54,079 bases of DNA from Promethearchaeia archaeon (GCA_029856155.1 JAHQWL010000025.1:1-54079); one strand, 5' to 3'; counted from the first letter of the stretch, positions 39,978 to 50,117 are shown. Program-made: numbers and translations. Notes: generated by a model from the sequence alone, not told the origin.

Positions 39978-41243
39978 ATGGAAATTATACCTACACAAAA
40001 AACATTCAGAAGTTATCTTTTTTTCTGGTCAGGACAATTGTTTTCACTGTTAGGATCTATGATAGTTCATTTTATACTGATCTGGTGGATACAATTAGAA
40101 ACAGGAAGCCCATTATTTCTCTCATTAGGGCAAACATTTTATATGGTACCTATGTTAATATTCATGCCTATTGCTGGAGTGTTTTCAGATAAGTTAAACC
40201 GAAAAAATCTTATTCTTACTGTGGATTCTTTACAAGCGTTTACTACATTTATTCTTATAATGTTCTTCATATTCGATATTGTAAATATATGGATAATCTT
40301 TCTTTTTATCGGTTTACGGAGTATTTTTCAAGCTTTTCATCAACCAACTGTAGCTGCGATTATTCCAACAATGGTTCCAAGAGAAAAATTAGGAAGAATA
40401 AATGGAATTAATTATTTATTTATAGGTCTAATTCAACTCCTTGGACCAGGGTTCGGTGCGCTATTAATGCAATTTTTTACTCTTAGAGATATTTTATGGA
40501 TAGATATAATTACATTTTTCATTGCCTTTATCCCTTTAATTATAATTAGTATTCCTATAGTAAGAGACAAATCTGAGGTAAAGCAGAAAAATGGGTTCAT
40601 CAAAGACTTTAAAGTAGGATTCATTGTTTATAAATCAATTCCAGGGTTGATAATTCTTTTATTTATGGGAATGTTAGTGAACTTTTTTGTTCAGCCTTTA
40701 GGCACTCTATTACCCTATTTTATTAATACTATTCATGGTGGATTAGAATTTGAGTATGCTTTAGTTCTAATATTTTTGCAGGCAGGTGTAATGGGAGGAG
40801 CAATAATAGCTTCTGTTAAAAAGGAGTGGAAACATAAAATTAATGTAATGTTTATCGGAATTGGGATTATAGGTATTGGATATGCATTTTTAGCAACTGT
40901 TCCTACTGGATTTTTTATTTTAATAGGATTTTTGCTATTAATTGTGGGAATCACTTTACCAATAATAAATACTATATTTCAAATTATTTTACAAACAAAT
41001 GTACCCTCAGATAAACTAGGAAGGGTAACATCTATTGATAGTACTCTATCGACGATAATATCGCCTTTGGGGACAATTATCGCAGGACCAATTACTATTC
41101 TAATTGGGATACACAGCTTATTTCTCTTTTGTGCTATTGCAGTTTTAGTAGTTACACTTATAACATACTTTTTCACTGGAATCCGGCATGTCGATTATAA
41201 TGGAAAAATTTCAATAGAATTGGAATCTAATGAATTAAAATAA
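39978..41243 (+). CDS. MFS exporter, DHA3/MefA-like, paralogue 2
   Basis: Same motifs as paralogue 1. Confidence 0.93.
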   Translation: MEIIPTQKTFRSYLFFWSGQLFSLLGSMIVHFILIWWIQLETGSPLFLSLGQTFYMVPMLIFMPIAGVFSDKLNRKNLILTVDSLQAFTTFILIMFFIFDIVNIWIIFLFIGLRSIFQAFHQPTVAAIIPTMVPREKLGRINGINYLFIGLIQLLGPGFGALLMQFFTLRDILWIDIITFFIAFIPLIIISIPIVRDKSEVKQKNGFIKDFKVGFIVYKSIPGLIILLFMGMLVNFFVQPLGTLLPYFINTIHGGLEFEYALVLIFLQAGVMGGAIIASVKKEWKHKINVMFIGIGIIGIGYAFLATVPTGFFILIGFLLLIVGITLPIINTIFQIILQTNVPSDKLGRVTSIDSTLSTIISPLGTIIAGPITILIGIHSLFLFCAIAVLVVTLITYFFTGIRHVDYNGKISIELESNELK

Positions 41244-41317
41244 CAAATTAAAAAAATATATTTTAAATAAAAATAGAAAAAAGTATTAAAAAAAATTAGG
41301 AAAATAGGGGATATTAA

Positions 41318-42604
41318 ATGGAAGAAATTGCAAATAAAGAAACATTTAAGAGTTATTTATTTTTTTGGTCTGGACAATTATTTTCTTTACTTGGTTCGAT
41401 GGTTGTATTCTTCGTAATAACGTTTTGGATTGCGGATGTTTACAATGATCCAATGATAAGCGCTTTTGCATCATTTTTATATGTACTAATGATGACACTT
41501 TGTATGCCTTTAGCGGGTGTTTTTGCAGATAGGATTAATCGGAAAATGTTGATTTTAACGGTAGATTCGTTACAGGCATTAGTTACATTTGCATTGATAC
41601 TTTTCTTTCAACTCGGGATAACAAATCTTTGGATTATATATTTTTTTATTAGTTTACGTAGTGTTTTTCAAGCGTTCCACTTGCCTACTGTCAATGCGAT
41701 CATTCCAACGATGGTTCCTAAAGATAAACTATCAAGAATTAATGGAGTTAACTTTTTATTTACAGGTGTAGTTCAACTTTTATCACCATTTCTAGGGGCA
41801 ATATTATTAGTATTTCTCTCAGTGTATATGGTTTTATGGATAGACATTATAACATTCTTTATTGCTTTAATACCATTATTGCTGATAACTATACCTTCAG
41901 TTAAACTAATTAATCATAGTGAAAACAATGTTGAAAAGAGTTCCTTTATAAAAGATTTTAGGTTAGGCTTCAAAACATTAAAAATAATTCCGGGATTAGT
42001 TATAATGGTAATCTTATCGATGCTACTTAATTTCTTAATCCAACCTATGAATGCCCTTATGCCTTTATTTATCCTAGATGTTCATGGAGGGGAAGCAGGA
42101 CATTTAGCACTAGCTGAAATGATTTTTACAGGGGGAATGATTACAGGAGCTCTAGTGACCTCGATTAAGAAGAGTTGGGAAAATAAACTTCGAGTGATTT
42201 TTATTAGTATCGTAATGGCGTTGATTGGATACATGATATTTGCTTTAGCACCTATAGGAAACTATTACATTATGGGTTTGGGTGGAGTCATTCTGGGATT
42301 CAATTTACCAATAATTAATTCTCTTTATCAAACGTTTTTACAAACTACAGTACCCTCTGATAAATTGGGTAGAGTAAGCTCAATTGACCAAGCATTATCT
42401 TCAGCAATCTCACCAATAGGATCATTAGCGGCGGGGCCATTAGCATTAATATTAGGTATTCCTACATTGTTTTTCTACTGTGGGTTCCTTGGTGTGATAG
42501 TTACAGTTGGTTTTTGGGGCTTTACAGGTATTAGAAAAATCGATATTGATAGTAAAGGCGCACTCGAAGAAATTCATGGAAAAATAGAAAATATTTCAAT
42601 CTAA
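41318..42604 (+). CDS. MFS exporter, DHA3/MefA-like, paralogue 3
   Basis: Same motifs as paralogue 1. Confidence 0.93.
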   Translation: MEEIANKETFKSYLFFWSGQLFSLLGSMVVFFVITFWIADVYNDPMISAFASFLYVLMMTLCMPLAGVFADRINRKMLILTVDSLQALVTFALILFFQLGITNLWIIYFFISLRSVFQAFHLPTVNAIIPTMVPKDKLSRINGVNFLFTGVVQLLSPFLGAILLVFLSVYMVLWIDIITFFIALIPLLLITIPSVKLINHSENNVEKSSFIKDFRLGFKTLKIIPGLVIMVILSMLLNFLIQPMNALMPLFILDVHGGEAGHLALAEMIFTGGMITGALVTSIKKSWENKLRVIFISIVMALIGYMIFALAPIGNYYIMGLGGVILGFNLPIINSLYQTFLQTTVPSDKLGRVSSIDQALSSAISPIGSLAAGPLALILGIPTLFFYCGFLGVIVTVGFWGFTGIRKIDIDSKGALEEIHGKIENISI

Positions 42605-42641
42605 TATATTTCTTTCTTTTTTTTAAAGATTAATTATAGAT

Positions 42642-43961
42642 GTGGTGAAGAAAATAACTGAAGAATTAGCAAATAACCAAACTTTTAAGAGTTATATCGT
42701 TTTTTGGATGGGACAGTTATTTTCAGTGTTAGGATCATCAGTTTCGCATTTTGCAATTATTTGGTGGATAACTGACACAACAGGGAGTACAATGCTTCTA
42801 TCATTAGCAAGTTTCCTTTATGTCTTACCGATGACAATAGTTGTCGCTTTATCTGGCGTAGTAATTGATAAATGGAATCGAAAGACGATTATTGTGGTAG
42901 TAGATTCTCTCCAAGCATATGTAATGCTTCTGATAATAATAATCTTCAATCTTGGAGTGGCAAATCCAATTTTAATAGTTGCAATAATGAGTTTATTTGG
43001 AATATTTCAAGGGTTTCATATCCCTACAGTAACTGCTATTGTTCCTACGATGGTACCAAGGGAAAAATTAAGTAGAATGAATGGGGTTAATTTTTTCTTT
43101 AGAAGTTTTACTCAAATCATAGGTCCAGTAATAGGTGCTATGTTATTCTCATTTATCCCACTTAAAATCATACTTTGGATTGATCCACTTACATTTATCA
43201 TTGCGTTTATTCCTTTGTTAGTAATTAAAATCCCTAAAATCAAGAGGGAAGTTTCAGCTGTTAAAAAGAATTCATTTCTAGAAGATTTCAAAATTGGATT
43301 CCGTACGTTGAAATCAATTCCAATTGTTTTTATGATGCTTCTAATATCAATGTTCATTAACTTTCTATTTGTTCCACTTAATATCTTAATGCCGTATTTC
43401 ATCAGATATAACCATTCAGGCGATCCTTCAAATTTAGCATTTGTTATAGCTTTTATGAATGGGGGTATGCTTTTAGGTGCATTGTTAACTTCAATAAAGA
43501 AAGAGTGGAAACATGCTCTTTTCATATACTTTGGACTTGAATTCATCTTAATGATGATTGGTGGTATATTTGCCATAACTCCATATCGATTATTTCTAAT
43601 GATGGGTATTGTAGTTGGTATCGCTGGCATAACTATTCCTATCCTTAATACAATTTATTTAACAATTATGCAACTAAAAGTTCCAACAGATAAAATGGGA
43701 AGGCTATCTTCTCTTGATTGGGCGATTTCATCAGCTATAACTCCAATTGCAACTATAATAACAGGGCCTTTATCTGAGATGATCGGAGTGACCAATTTAT
43801 TTCTTTCTTGTTCTATTATTGGAATGATAATAACTCTTATTTTATGGTGGGTTGCGCACATTCGAGTGAATAAAAATAATAATAGGAAAGAACTTGAAGA
43901 AATTGAAATGAGTATTGAAAGGGCATCAAAAGAAAAATGGAAAAAAAGTAAAAAATGGTAA
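42642..43961 (+). CDS. MFS exporter, DHA3/MefA-like, paralogue 4
   Basis: Same motifs as paralogue 1; GTG start. Confidence 0.93.
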   Translation: MVKKITEELANNQTFKSYIVFWMGQLFSVLGSSVSHFAIIWWITDTTGSTMLLSLASFLYVLPMTIVVALSGVVIDKWNRKTIIVVVDSLQAYVMLLIIIIFNLGVANPILIVAIMSLFGIFQGFHIPTVTAIVPTMVPREKLSRMNGVNFFFRSFTQIIGPVIGAMLFSFIPLKIILWIDPLTFIIAFIPLLVIKIPKIKREVSAVKKNSFLEDFKIGFRTLKSIPIVFMMLLISMFINFLFVPLNILMPYFIRYNHSGDPSNLAFVIAFMNGGMLLGALLTSIKKEWKHALFIYFGLEFILMMIGGIFAITPYRLFLMMGIVVGIAGITIPILNTIYLTIMQLKVPTDKMGRLSSLDWAISSAITPIATIITGPLSEMIGVTNLFLSCSIIGMIITLILWWVAHIRVNKNNNRKELEEIEMSIERASKEKWKKSKKW

Positions 43962-43967
43962 TTTTAT

Positions 43968-44210
43968 TTATTCTCCTTTTAAAAGTAATTGATCTTCAGA
44001 AATAGTTCTCGCTTCTGGCAAATCTTTTCTAAGTTGTTTGTAATTCCTTGTTGTTAGTCCATATATTAAATGTGCTGGAGGAGAATTTAAACTATTAAAT
44101 CCAGGAATGTACATCACCATTACGACATCTCTGTTTCTTTCCTCTTTGCCAGCAAGAAGGATGATAAGTTGTATTAACAGAACAAATGAATAATACCTTT
44201 TATTAGAAAT
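43968..44210 (-). CDS. Hypothetical 80-aa protein (50 aa if started at ATG 44120); not in the ORF track
   Basis: (I)SNKRYYSFVLLIQLIILLAGKEERNRDVVMVMYIPGFNSLNSPPAHLIYGLTTRNYKQLRKDLPEARTISEDQLLLKGE; the ATT overlaps the upstream TAA (TAATT) after AAGGAAGGA. Confidence 0.45.
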   Translation of the reverse strand: MSNKRYYSFVLLIQLIILLAGKEERNRDVVMVMYIPGFNSLNSPPAHLIYGLTTRNYKQLRKDLPEARTISEDQLLLKGE

Positions 44211-44728
44211 TAATTCCTTCCTTTCAAATTTTTGTTATGTCTCTTGATCAAATTTAATAATTCTTTACTTTTCTTTGGGAAATTATAAGAGATTATTTTT
44301 TCAGCAATTCTCTTTACATCGGGATCTTCATCTGAAAGAAGACAATTTTCAAGAACACTGTATGCTTTGTTGCTTTTAAGTTCTAAAACCTTAAATGCAA
44401 GAATACTAATCTTTCTAATTTCACTATTTTCACTATTTTCGATAAAATAATCTAATAAATCAATAGCTTCAGCTTTATTCATCGATTTAGTAGTAACATA
44501 TTCATATATTTTAGCTACTGTTAACTCTTTACTCACATATTCTAACGCATCTTCGTAAATTAAAGGTGTTATATCTCGAGAATTTGTATCAATTCCTTTT
44601 TTTCTTAAATCAAAAGCGCACTCATGATTTTCTGGTAACCTATGCTTATTACAAAATAGCATACCACAAAATTTACACCGGTATGGGATATCTTTTATTA
44701 AAATTTCACAATAATAGCACTTTGTCAA
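44210..44728 (-). CDS. AN1-type zinc finger + HEAT-like repeat protein
   Basis: 'CYYC...YRCKFCG..FCNKHRLPENHEC'; 'LENCLLSDEDPDVKRIA'. Confidence 0.88.
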   Translation of the reverse strand: MTKCYYCEILIKDIPYRCKFCGMLFCNKHRLPENHECAFDLRKKGIDTNSRDITPLIYEDALEYVSKELTVAKIYEYVTTKSMNKAEAIDLLDYFIENSENSEIRKISILAFKVLELKSNKAYSVLENCLLSDEDPDVKRIAEKIISYNFPKKSKELLNLIKRHNKNLKGRN

Positions 44729-44847
44729 ATTTTTTCTCTTTTAAAATAATAATAAATGGTCTATATTAATCATATAAATATAACAAAATCAAATATAAAT
44801 AATCAACAAAAATATTTCAACCTTTTTAAACTAATTAGTCTGAGAAG

Positions 44848-47253
44848 TTATAGATTATGTTCCAATCTATCAATAATGTCATTTTGAATTGGCGCTCCAA
44901 GATCGATAAAAGTAGCGTTATAACCTCCAACTTTTACAATTAAATCAGGATATTTTTTGGGATTCTTCTGAGCATCCTTAAGTGTTTCAGTTGAAACTGC
45001 TGTTGGTTGTACCTGCATCCCTCCGTTGGCAAAATATCCCTGCAAAAGATAATAAAACTTTTCTATATTTTCCTCACTCATAAGGTTTTGTGGATGAATT
45101 CGAATATTTAATGCAATACCATTGGTAGCATAACAATAATCCAGTTTCGCTACTGAATTTAAAATCGCGGTAAGGCCTTCTTTTTCGACGTTATTTACAG
45201 GAGACAAACTGTTTGAGATTGCTTCCATTGCTTTTCTCCCATCTGCTGTTGGTTGTGTAAAGAATCCTTCCATAACATGAATTCCCATAGAATATGCTCC
45301 AGCACTATATCGTCCACCTCTAATTGGTTTATACTTTACAACTTCCATACAAAATAATTCCCATAGTTCATTTGCAAAGGAATCTATTTCTTCATTATCA
45401 TTTCCCCATTTCTCATATTTATTTTTTAATCTTTGGCGAAGTGTTTCTTGTCCTTCAAAATTGGAGTTTAATATCTTAATAAGCTCTGGTAGAGTCATTA
45501 AATCTTCTTCATAAACAACTTTTTTGATATTGTATAATGAATCAACTAATGTTGCAAAACCATAAGCCGTAATAGAAGAAAAATTATATTTACAGCCTCC
45601 ACATACATAATCTATTCCATTTTCCATACATCCCTCTAAACTTGCTGAAATGAATGGATGTTGCATAAATTTAATTGCTTCCTCATCTCCTATTTGTGCG
45701 ATTTTTACTGATTTTTCAATATTAAATTGCATTTGCTTTTTAAAAGCATTAAAGAATTTATCATAAGTAGTAAAAGTAGTTGGATCTCCTGTTTGTAAAC
45801 CATCAACCATTTTCGACAGATTACTATAACCATTGTTCAAAACTAATTCCAGAATGCCTGGTAAGTTCATAAACATGCGACCAGTAGCTGCAAAGCTATT
45901 GCCTTGACCAGAGGGTTCTACACATCCTATAATAACATAATTTCGAGCATCTTCTAATGTATAACCAGCTTTTACTAAAGCAGGAATATGTACATCATCA
46001 TTATAAAATGCAATACCTGAAGTTGATCTGAAAACTTTAATTGCTGCTTTTATAAATTCTTTTGGTGTATCTTTATGAATTCTTACAGATAGATCTGTTG
46101 TAAATACTTTTAAGTTTTTATAAGCTTCGAGGAAGAGATAAGAGAGTTCATTTGTAGCATCTCGACCGTTAATATCCATGCCTGATATTGTAATTGTTTG
46201 AGTATTTTGACCGAGAGCATTAGCAACCATTGTAAAATCCGTTGGTAATAGAGTTAAATTCCAAGTTAATTTTAAATTTAATTCTTCTATTAATTCTAAA
46301 GCAAATTTGCTTGTTAAATTATGTGATGACATATCCTTTTGATAGTATGGCCACAAAAGTTGATCTAGCCGGCCTAAAGCAAGAACACTACGTTGATATA
46401 TAATATTTGTTATATTTTGTGAAAACCATATGTGTTGTATAGCTTCATAGAAAGTATTTGGAGGGTTTTCAGTGAATTTTTGCATCATCTTACTAATAAC
46501 TTCTAGTTCAACTTTTCTAGCATTGTTTGTTTCATTTTTAGCTAGATTTGACGCCAGATTCGAATATCTTTTAGAAAATTCTATTGCGGCATTATAGTAA
46601 ATTTTGATAGCTTCATAAAAATTGTATTTATCTTGAAAATTATCATCCTTTTTATTGAGTTGTTTTTGATAGAATTCTGCTTCTTCAATAATACCTTTAT
46701 ATCCTAATTTCAAAAGCTTTTCGTATCCCGCGCATATGTGACCTTCAGTTGCTCCTTGATGTATGGCAATATTAGGTGCTAGTGATTCAATCTTTCCTGT
46801 TCCTGTAATTAATCCTTCTGTTAAGAGTCTTTTATTAATTTTATCAGCAACCAGAGATTTTCCTTTCCAGAAAGGAATCAACTCTAAAAGCTCATCACGT
46901 TCATCATCTTCAATAAAAAAAGGTTGTAGTTGTCTTCTCGCTAATTTTTTGTACATACTTGGTTTATCTAAACTATTATCATATCTAAGTAAATCTAGGT
47001 TAATTTTTTCACCTAAATTTTTGCTGGTTTCATTCCCTACTAGTAATTCATCATTCCTGATGAAAATTGTCATGTACTTTAGAGTATGAGCTATAGCTTT
47101 TGCTCTTTTTATAATTTCTGGATCATTAGGATATTTTTTATAAATCTCAGTAAAATATCTCATACGTTCTATGCATAATTCATACTTGCTTGAAAGGAGG
47201 TTATTTTTTAACTTTTGAGTTCTCCCAGATGATCTGTTAGTTATTGAAATCAT
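44848..47253 (-). CDS. Glycyl-radical enzyme (PFL2/eliminase-like), substrate unknown
   Basis: 'ELLVGN', 'GRLDQ.L.PYY', 'GCVEP' active-site loop, 'KWGND', 'TADGRKA', C-terminal 'LIVKVGGYNATF'. Confidence 0.93.
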   Translation of the reverse strand: MISITNRSSGRTQKLKNNLLSSKYELCIERMRYFTEIYKKYPNDPEIIKRAKAIAHTLKYMTIFIRNDELLVGNETSKNLGEKINLDLLRYDNSLDKPSMYKKLARRQLQPFFIEDDERDELLELIPFWKGKSLVADKINKRLLTEGLITGTGKIESLAPNIAIHQGATEGHICAGYEKLLKLGYKGIIEEAEFYQKQLNKKDDNFQDKYNFYEAIKIYYNAAIEFSKRYSNLASNLAKNETNNARKVELEVISKMMQKFTENPPNTFYEAIQHIWFSQNITNIIYQRSVLALGRLDQLLWPYYQKDMSSHNLTSKFALELIEELNLKLTWNLTLLPTDFTMVANALGQNTQTITISGMDINGRDATNELSYLFLEAYKNLKVFTTDLSVRIHKDTPKEFIKAAIKVFRSTSGIAFYNDDVHIPALVKAGYTLEDARNYVIIGCVEPSGQGNSFAATGRMFMNLPGILELVLNNGYSNLSKMVDGLQTGDPTTFTTYDKFFNAFKKQMQFNIEKSVKIAQIGDEEAIKFMQHPFISASLEGCMENGIDYVCGGCKYNFSSITAYGFATLVDSLYNIKKVVYEEDLMTLPELIKILNSNFEGQETLRQRLKNKYEKWGNDNEEIDSFANELWELFCMEVVKYKPIRGGRYSAGAYSMGIHVMEGFFTQPTADGRKAMEAISNSLSPVNNVEKEGLTAILNSVAKLDYCYATNGIALNIRIHPQNLMSEENIEKFYYLLQGYFANGGMQVQPTAVSTETLKDAQKNPKKYPDLIVKVGGYNATFIDLGAPIQNDIIDRLEHNL

Positions 47254-47396
47254 TATTTAATTTTGAATTAAGAATATTAGGTTAAATATGTTTATTTAAT
47301 CATTAAATATTAAATTACTTTTTATGGATTTTTAAGTTAATTAACCTTATGTAATATATCTAAATAAGATTATTATATCCCATTGAGGTTTGAAAT

Positions 47397-48248
47397 TTGA
47401 AATTTGAGACAATAAAATTTGAATTGACAGAAGAGGGTATTGGAATTTTAACCTTAAATAGACCTGATAATTTAAATGCAATGTCATTCCAAATGTTTGA
47501 GGATTTGCATAAATTATTTGATAGTTTAATGATAAATTTGGATTGTAGAGTTCTGATTTTAAAAGGGGAAGGTAGAGCTTTCTGTGCAGGTTTAGATTTG
47601 AAAGAAGTAAATCTATTAAATATGAAGAAAAAACCGGATGATTATAAAAAATTTTATTATCTAAATATTCCCGAAGTACTAAAAAACAGAATGTATTTCC
47701 AATGGCGTCTTAGTCAAGTCATAATAAAGATGAGGAAAATAAGCCAGCCTATTATAGCCATAGTTCATGGATCTGCTGCAGGAGGGGGTTTTGCTCTTAC
47801 ATTAGCCTCAGATATTCGAATTGCTGGTGAAAAGGCACGATTTAATAATGCTTTCATCAAATTGGGGCTCTCTGGGTCCGATGTAGGTACTAGCTATTTC
47901 CTTCCCCGACTTATTGGTATGTCTCGAGCGGCCGAAATATTATATACTGGTCGTTTTATAGATGCTGAGGAATCTGAAACAATAGGACTTGTTATTAAAG
48001 TAGTAAATGGGGATAAAGATAAGTTACTAGATGAAGCACTTAAAATAGCAGAAAATCTACTTACTAAGAGTCCTTTAGGGCTACGAATGACAAAAGAAGC
48101 AATTAACATTTCACTAGATTCCCCTAGCTTAGAAACCATTATTCAATTAGAAAATCGAACGCAAACTCTATGTGGATCATCAATAGATATTAAAGAAGGC
48201 GTATCTGCTTTCTTTGAAAAAAGAAAACCAAAATATCCTTTGCTTTAA
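47397..48248 (+). CDS. Enoyl-CoA hydratase/isomerase (crotonase) family, paralogue 1
   Basis: 'LTLNRPDNLNA', 'AFCAGLDL', 'GGGFALTLASDIRIA', 'AFFEKRKP'. Confidence 0.95.
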   Translation: MKFETIKFELTEEGIGILTLNRPDNLNAMSFQMFEDLHKLFDSLMINLDCRVLILKGEGRAFCAGLDLKEVNLLNMKKKPDDYKKFYYLNIPEVLKNRMYFQWRLSQVIIKMRKISQPIIAIVHGSAAGGGFALTLASDIRIAGEKARFNNAFIKLGLSGSDVGTSYFLPRLIGMSRAAEILYTGRFIDAEESETIGLVIKVVNGDKDKLLDEALKIAENLLTKSPLGLRMTKEAINISLDSPSLETIIQLENRTQTLCGSSIDIKEGVSAFFEKRKPKYPLL

Positions 48249-48290
48249 AAATTGTAAAATTAGATTAGAAAACTAAAATAAATTTAAAAA

Positions 48291-49160
48291 ATGATGAAAA
48301 TGGAATTCGAAACTATTAATTTTGAATTGAGAGAAGATGGTATTGGAATTTTAACCCTAAACCGTCCGGATAAATTGAATGCTTTGAATTTTCAAATGAT
48401 TGAAGATTTGCATTCAGTTTTTGATGAGTTAATGATTAATTTAGATTGTCGTGTGCTTATTTTAAAAGCTGAAGGCAAAGCTTTTTGTGCAGGATTAGAC
48501 CTAAGAGAATCCACAGTCCTTCAGTCGAAAAAAAAGCCAGAGGAACTCAAAAAGAAGTTTTTCTTCATGAGAGCCCCAGATAAAGATACTATTAAAGCAA
48601 AAATTTACGCACAAGGCAGGGCTAGTCATTTAATTATTAAAATGAGGAAAATTAGTCAGCCAATAATTGTTATTATCCAAGGTCCAGCAACGGGAGCTGG
48701 TTTTACTCTATGTTTGGCAGCAGATATAAGAATTGCAGGAGAAAATGCAAAATTGGCAAATTCATTCATTAATATTGGATTTTCAGGTTCTGATTTAGCA
48801 AGTAGTTATCATTTACCTCGCTTAATTGGTATGTCTCGAGCCGCTGAGATATTATATACAGGGCGTTTTGTGGATGCTAAAGAAGCAGAAGAAATTGGGC
48901 TTATCCTAAAAGTTATAGAAAGTGACGAGATTAAATTATTCGATGCTGCAATTTCAATTGCCGAAAATTTACTTACTAAAAGTCCACTTGGTCTTAGAAT
49001 GACCAAGGAAGCTATTAATATTTCACTTGATTCACCTAGTCTTGACACAATAATGCAAATAGAAAATCGTTCACAGATGCTTTGTTCAACTTCTATGGAT
49101 TTATTGGAGGGAATTAATGCATTTTTTGAAAAGAGAAAACCACATTATCCAAAATCATGA
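48291..49160 (+). CDS. Enoyl-CoA hydratase/isomerase family, paralogue 2
   Basis: Same motifs as paralogue 1. Confidence 0.95.
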   Translation: MMKMEFETINFELREDGIGILTLNRPDKLNALNFQMIEDLHSVFDELMINLDCRVLILKAEGKAFCAGLDLRESTVLQSKKKPEELKKKFFFMRAPDKDTIKAKIYAQGRASHLIIKMRKISQPIIVIIQGPATGAGFTLCLAADIRIAGENAKLANSFINIGFSGSDLASSYHLPRLIGMSRAAEILYTGRFVDAKEAEEIGLILKVIESDEIKLFDAAISIAENLLTKSPLGLRMTKEAINISLDSPSLDTIMQIENRSQMLCSTSMDLLEGINAFFEKRKPHYPKS

Positions 49161-49185
49161 ATAACTGAAAAAAGGGTGAATATAT

Positions 49186-50031
49186 ATGAAATATGAAACG
49201 ATCAAATTTGAAATGCGAGAAAATGGCATAGCAATTCTAACCTTAAACAGACCTGAAAAATTGAATGCAATCTCATTTCAAATGGAAGAAGAACTCCATC
49301 AAGTATTAGATGAATTAATGGTGAATTTAGATTGTCGAGTATTGATTATACGAGGGGAAGGAAGAGCTTTTTCAGCAGGAACAGATTTACAAGAAGGTCT
49401 AATCTTGAATTCGAAAAAAAATCCAGAAGGATATGAAAAATTTTATTTCTTGAATACATCAGAGCCCCTAAAAAAATCATTTTATCATCAACAGCATATA
49501 ACTCAAATCATCATGAAAATGAGAAAAATTCCACAGCCAATCATAGCTGCTCTTCATGGTGCAGTAGCGGGAGGTGGATTTGGATTTGCATTGGCTTCTG
49601 ATATTAGAATTGCTAGCCAAGATGTTAATTTTATAAACGCTTCCATTAATATTGGTTTAACCGGTGCGGATATGGGAAGTAGTTACTTTCTTCCTCGTCT
49701 TGTTAGTCTTTCAAGGGCTGCTGAAATAATCTATAGCGGGAGGGCTGTATCTGGAAAAGAAGCTGAGAAGATTGGATTTATTCTAAAAGTAGTAGATAAA
49801 GAAAGATTATTAGACGAGGCATTTAAATTAGCTGAAGAATTATTAACTAAAAGTCCTTTAGGTTTGCGTATGACAAAAGAAGCCCTTAATTTATCACTAG
49901 ATTCTCCAAGCTTAAACAATATATTACAATTTGAAAATAGTTCGATTGTTATAAGTTTCTCATCTAAAGATGTAAATGAGGCGGCAAGTGCCTTCTTTGG
50001 AAAAAGAAATCCTAAATATGGATTAAGATAA
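49186..50031 (+). CDS. Enoyl-CoA hydratase/isomerase family, paralogue 3
   Basis: Same motifs as paralogue 1. Confidence 0.95.
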   Translation: MKYETIKFEMRENGIAILTLNRPEKLNAISFQMEEELHQVLDELMVNLDCRVLIIRGEGRAFSAGTDLQEGLILNSKKNPEGYEKFYFLNTSEPLKKSFYHQQHITQIIMKMRKIPQPIIAALHGAVAGGGFGFALASDIRIASQDVNFINASINIGLTGADMGSSYFLPRLVSLSRAAEIIYSGRAVSGKEAEKIGFILKVVDKERLLDEAFKLAEELLTKSPLGLRMTKEALNLSLDSPSLNNILQFENSSIVISFSSKDVNEAASAFFGKRNPKYGLR

Positions 50032-50117
50032 TTAAACAATCTTAAAGAATACTTTAATGTGGAATATAACAAAAGAAATTTTAATTTTTAAATAATAATA
50101 ATTATGGCGATTATTAT

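Noticed and set aside
44848-47253. Calling the GRE pyruvate formate-lyase (pflB)
   Set aside because: It lacks the adjacent Cys-Cys pair of true PFL.
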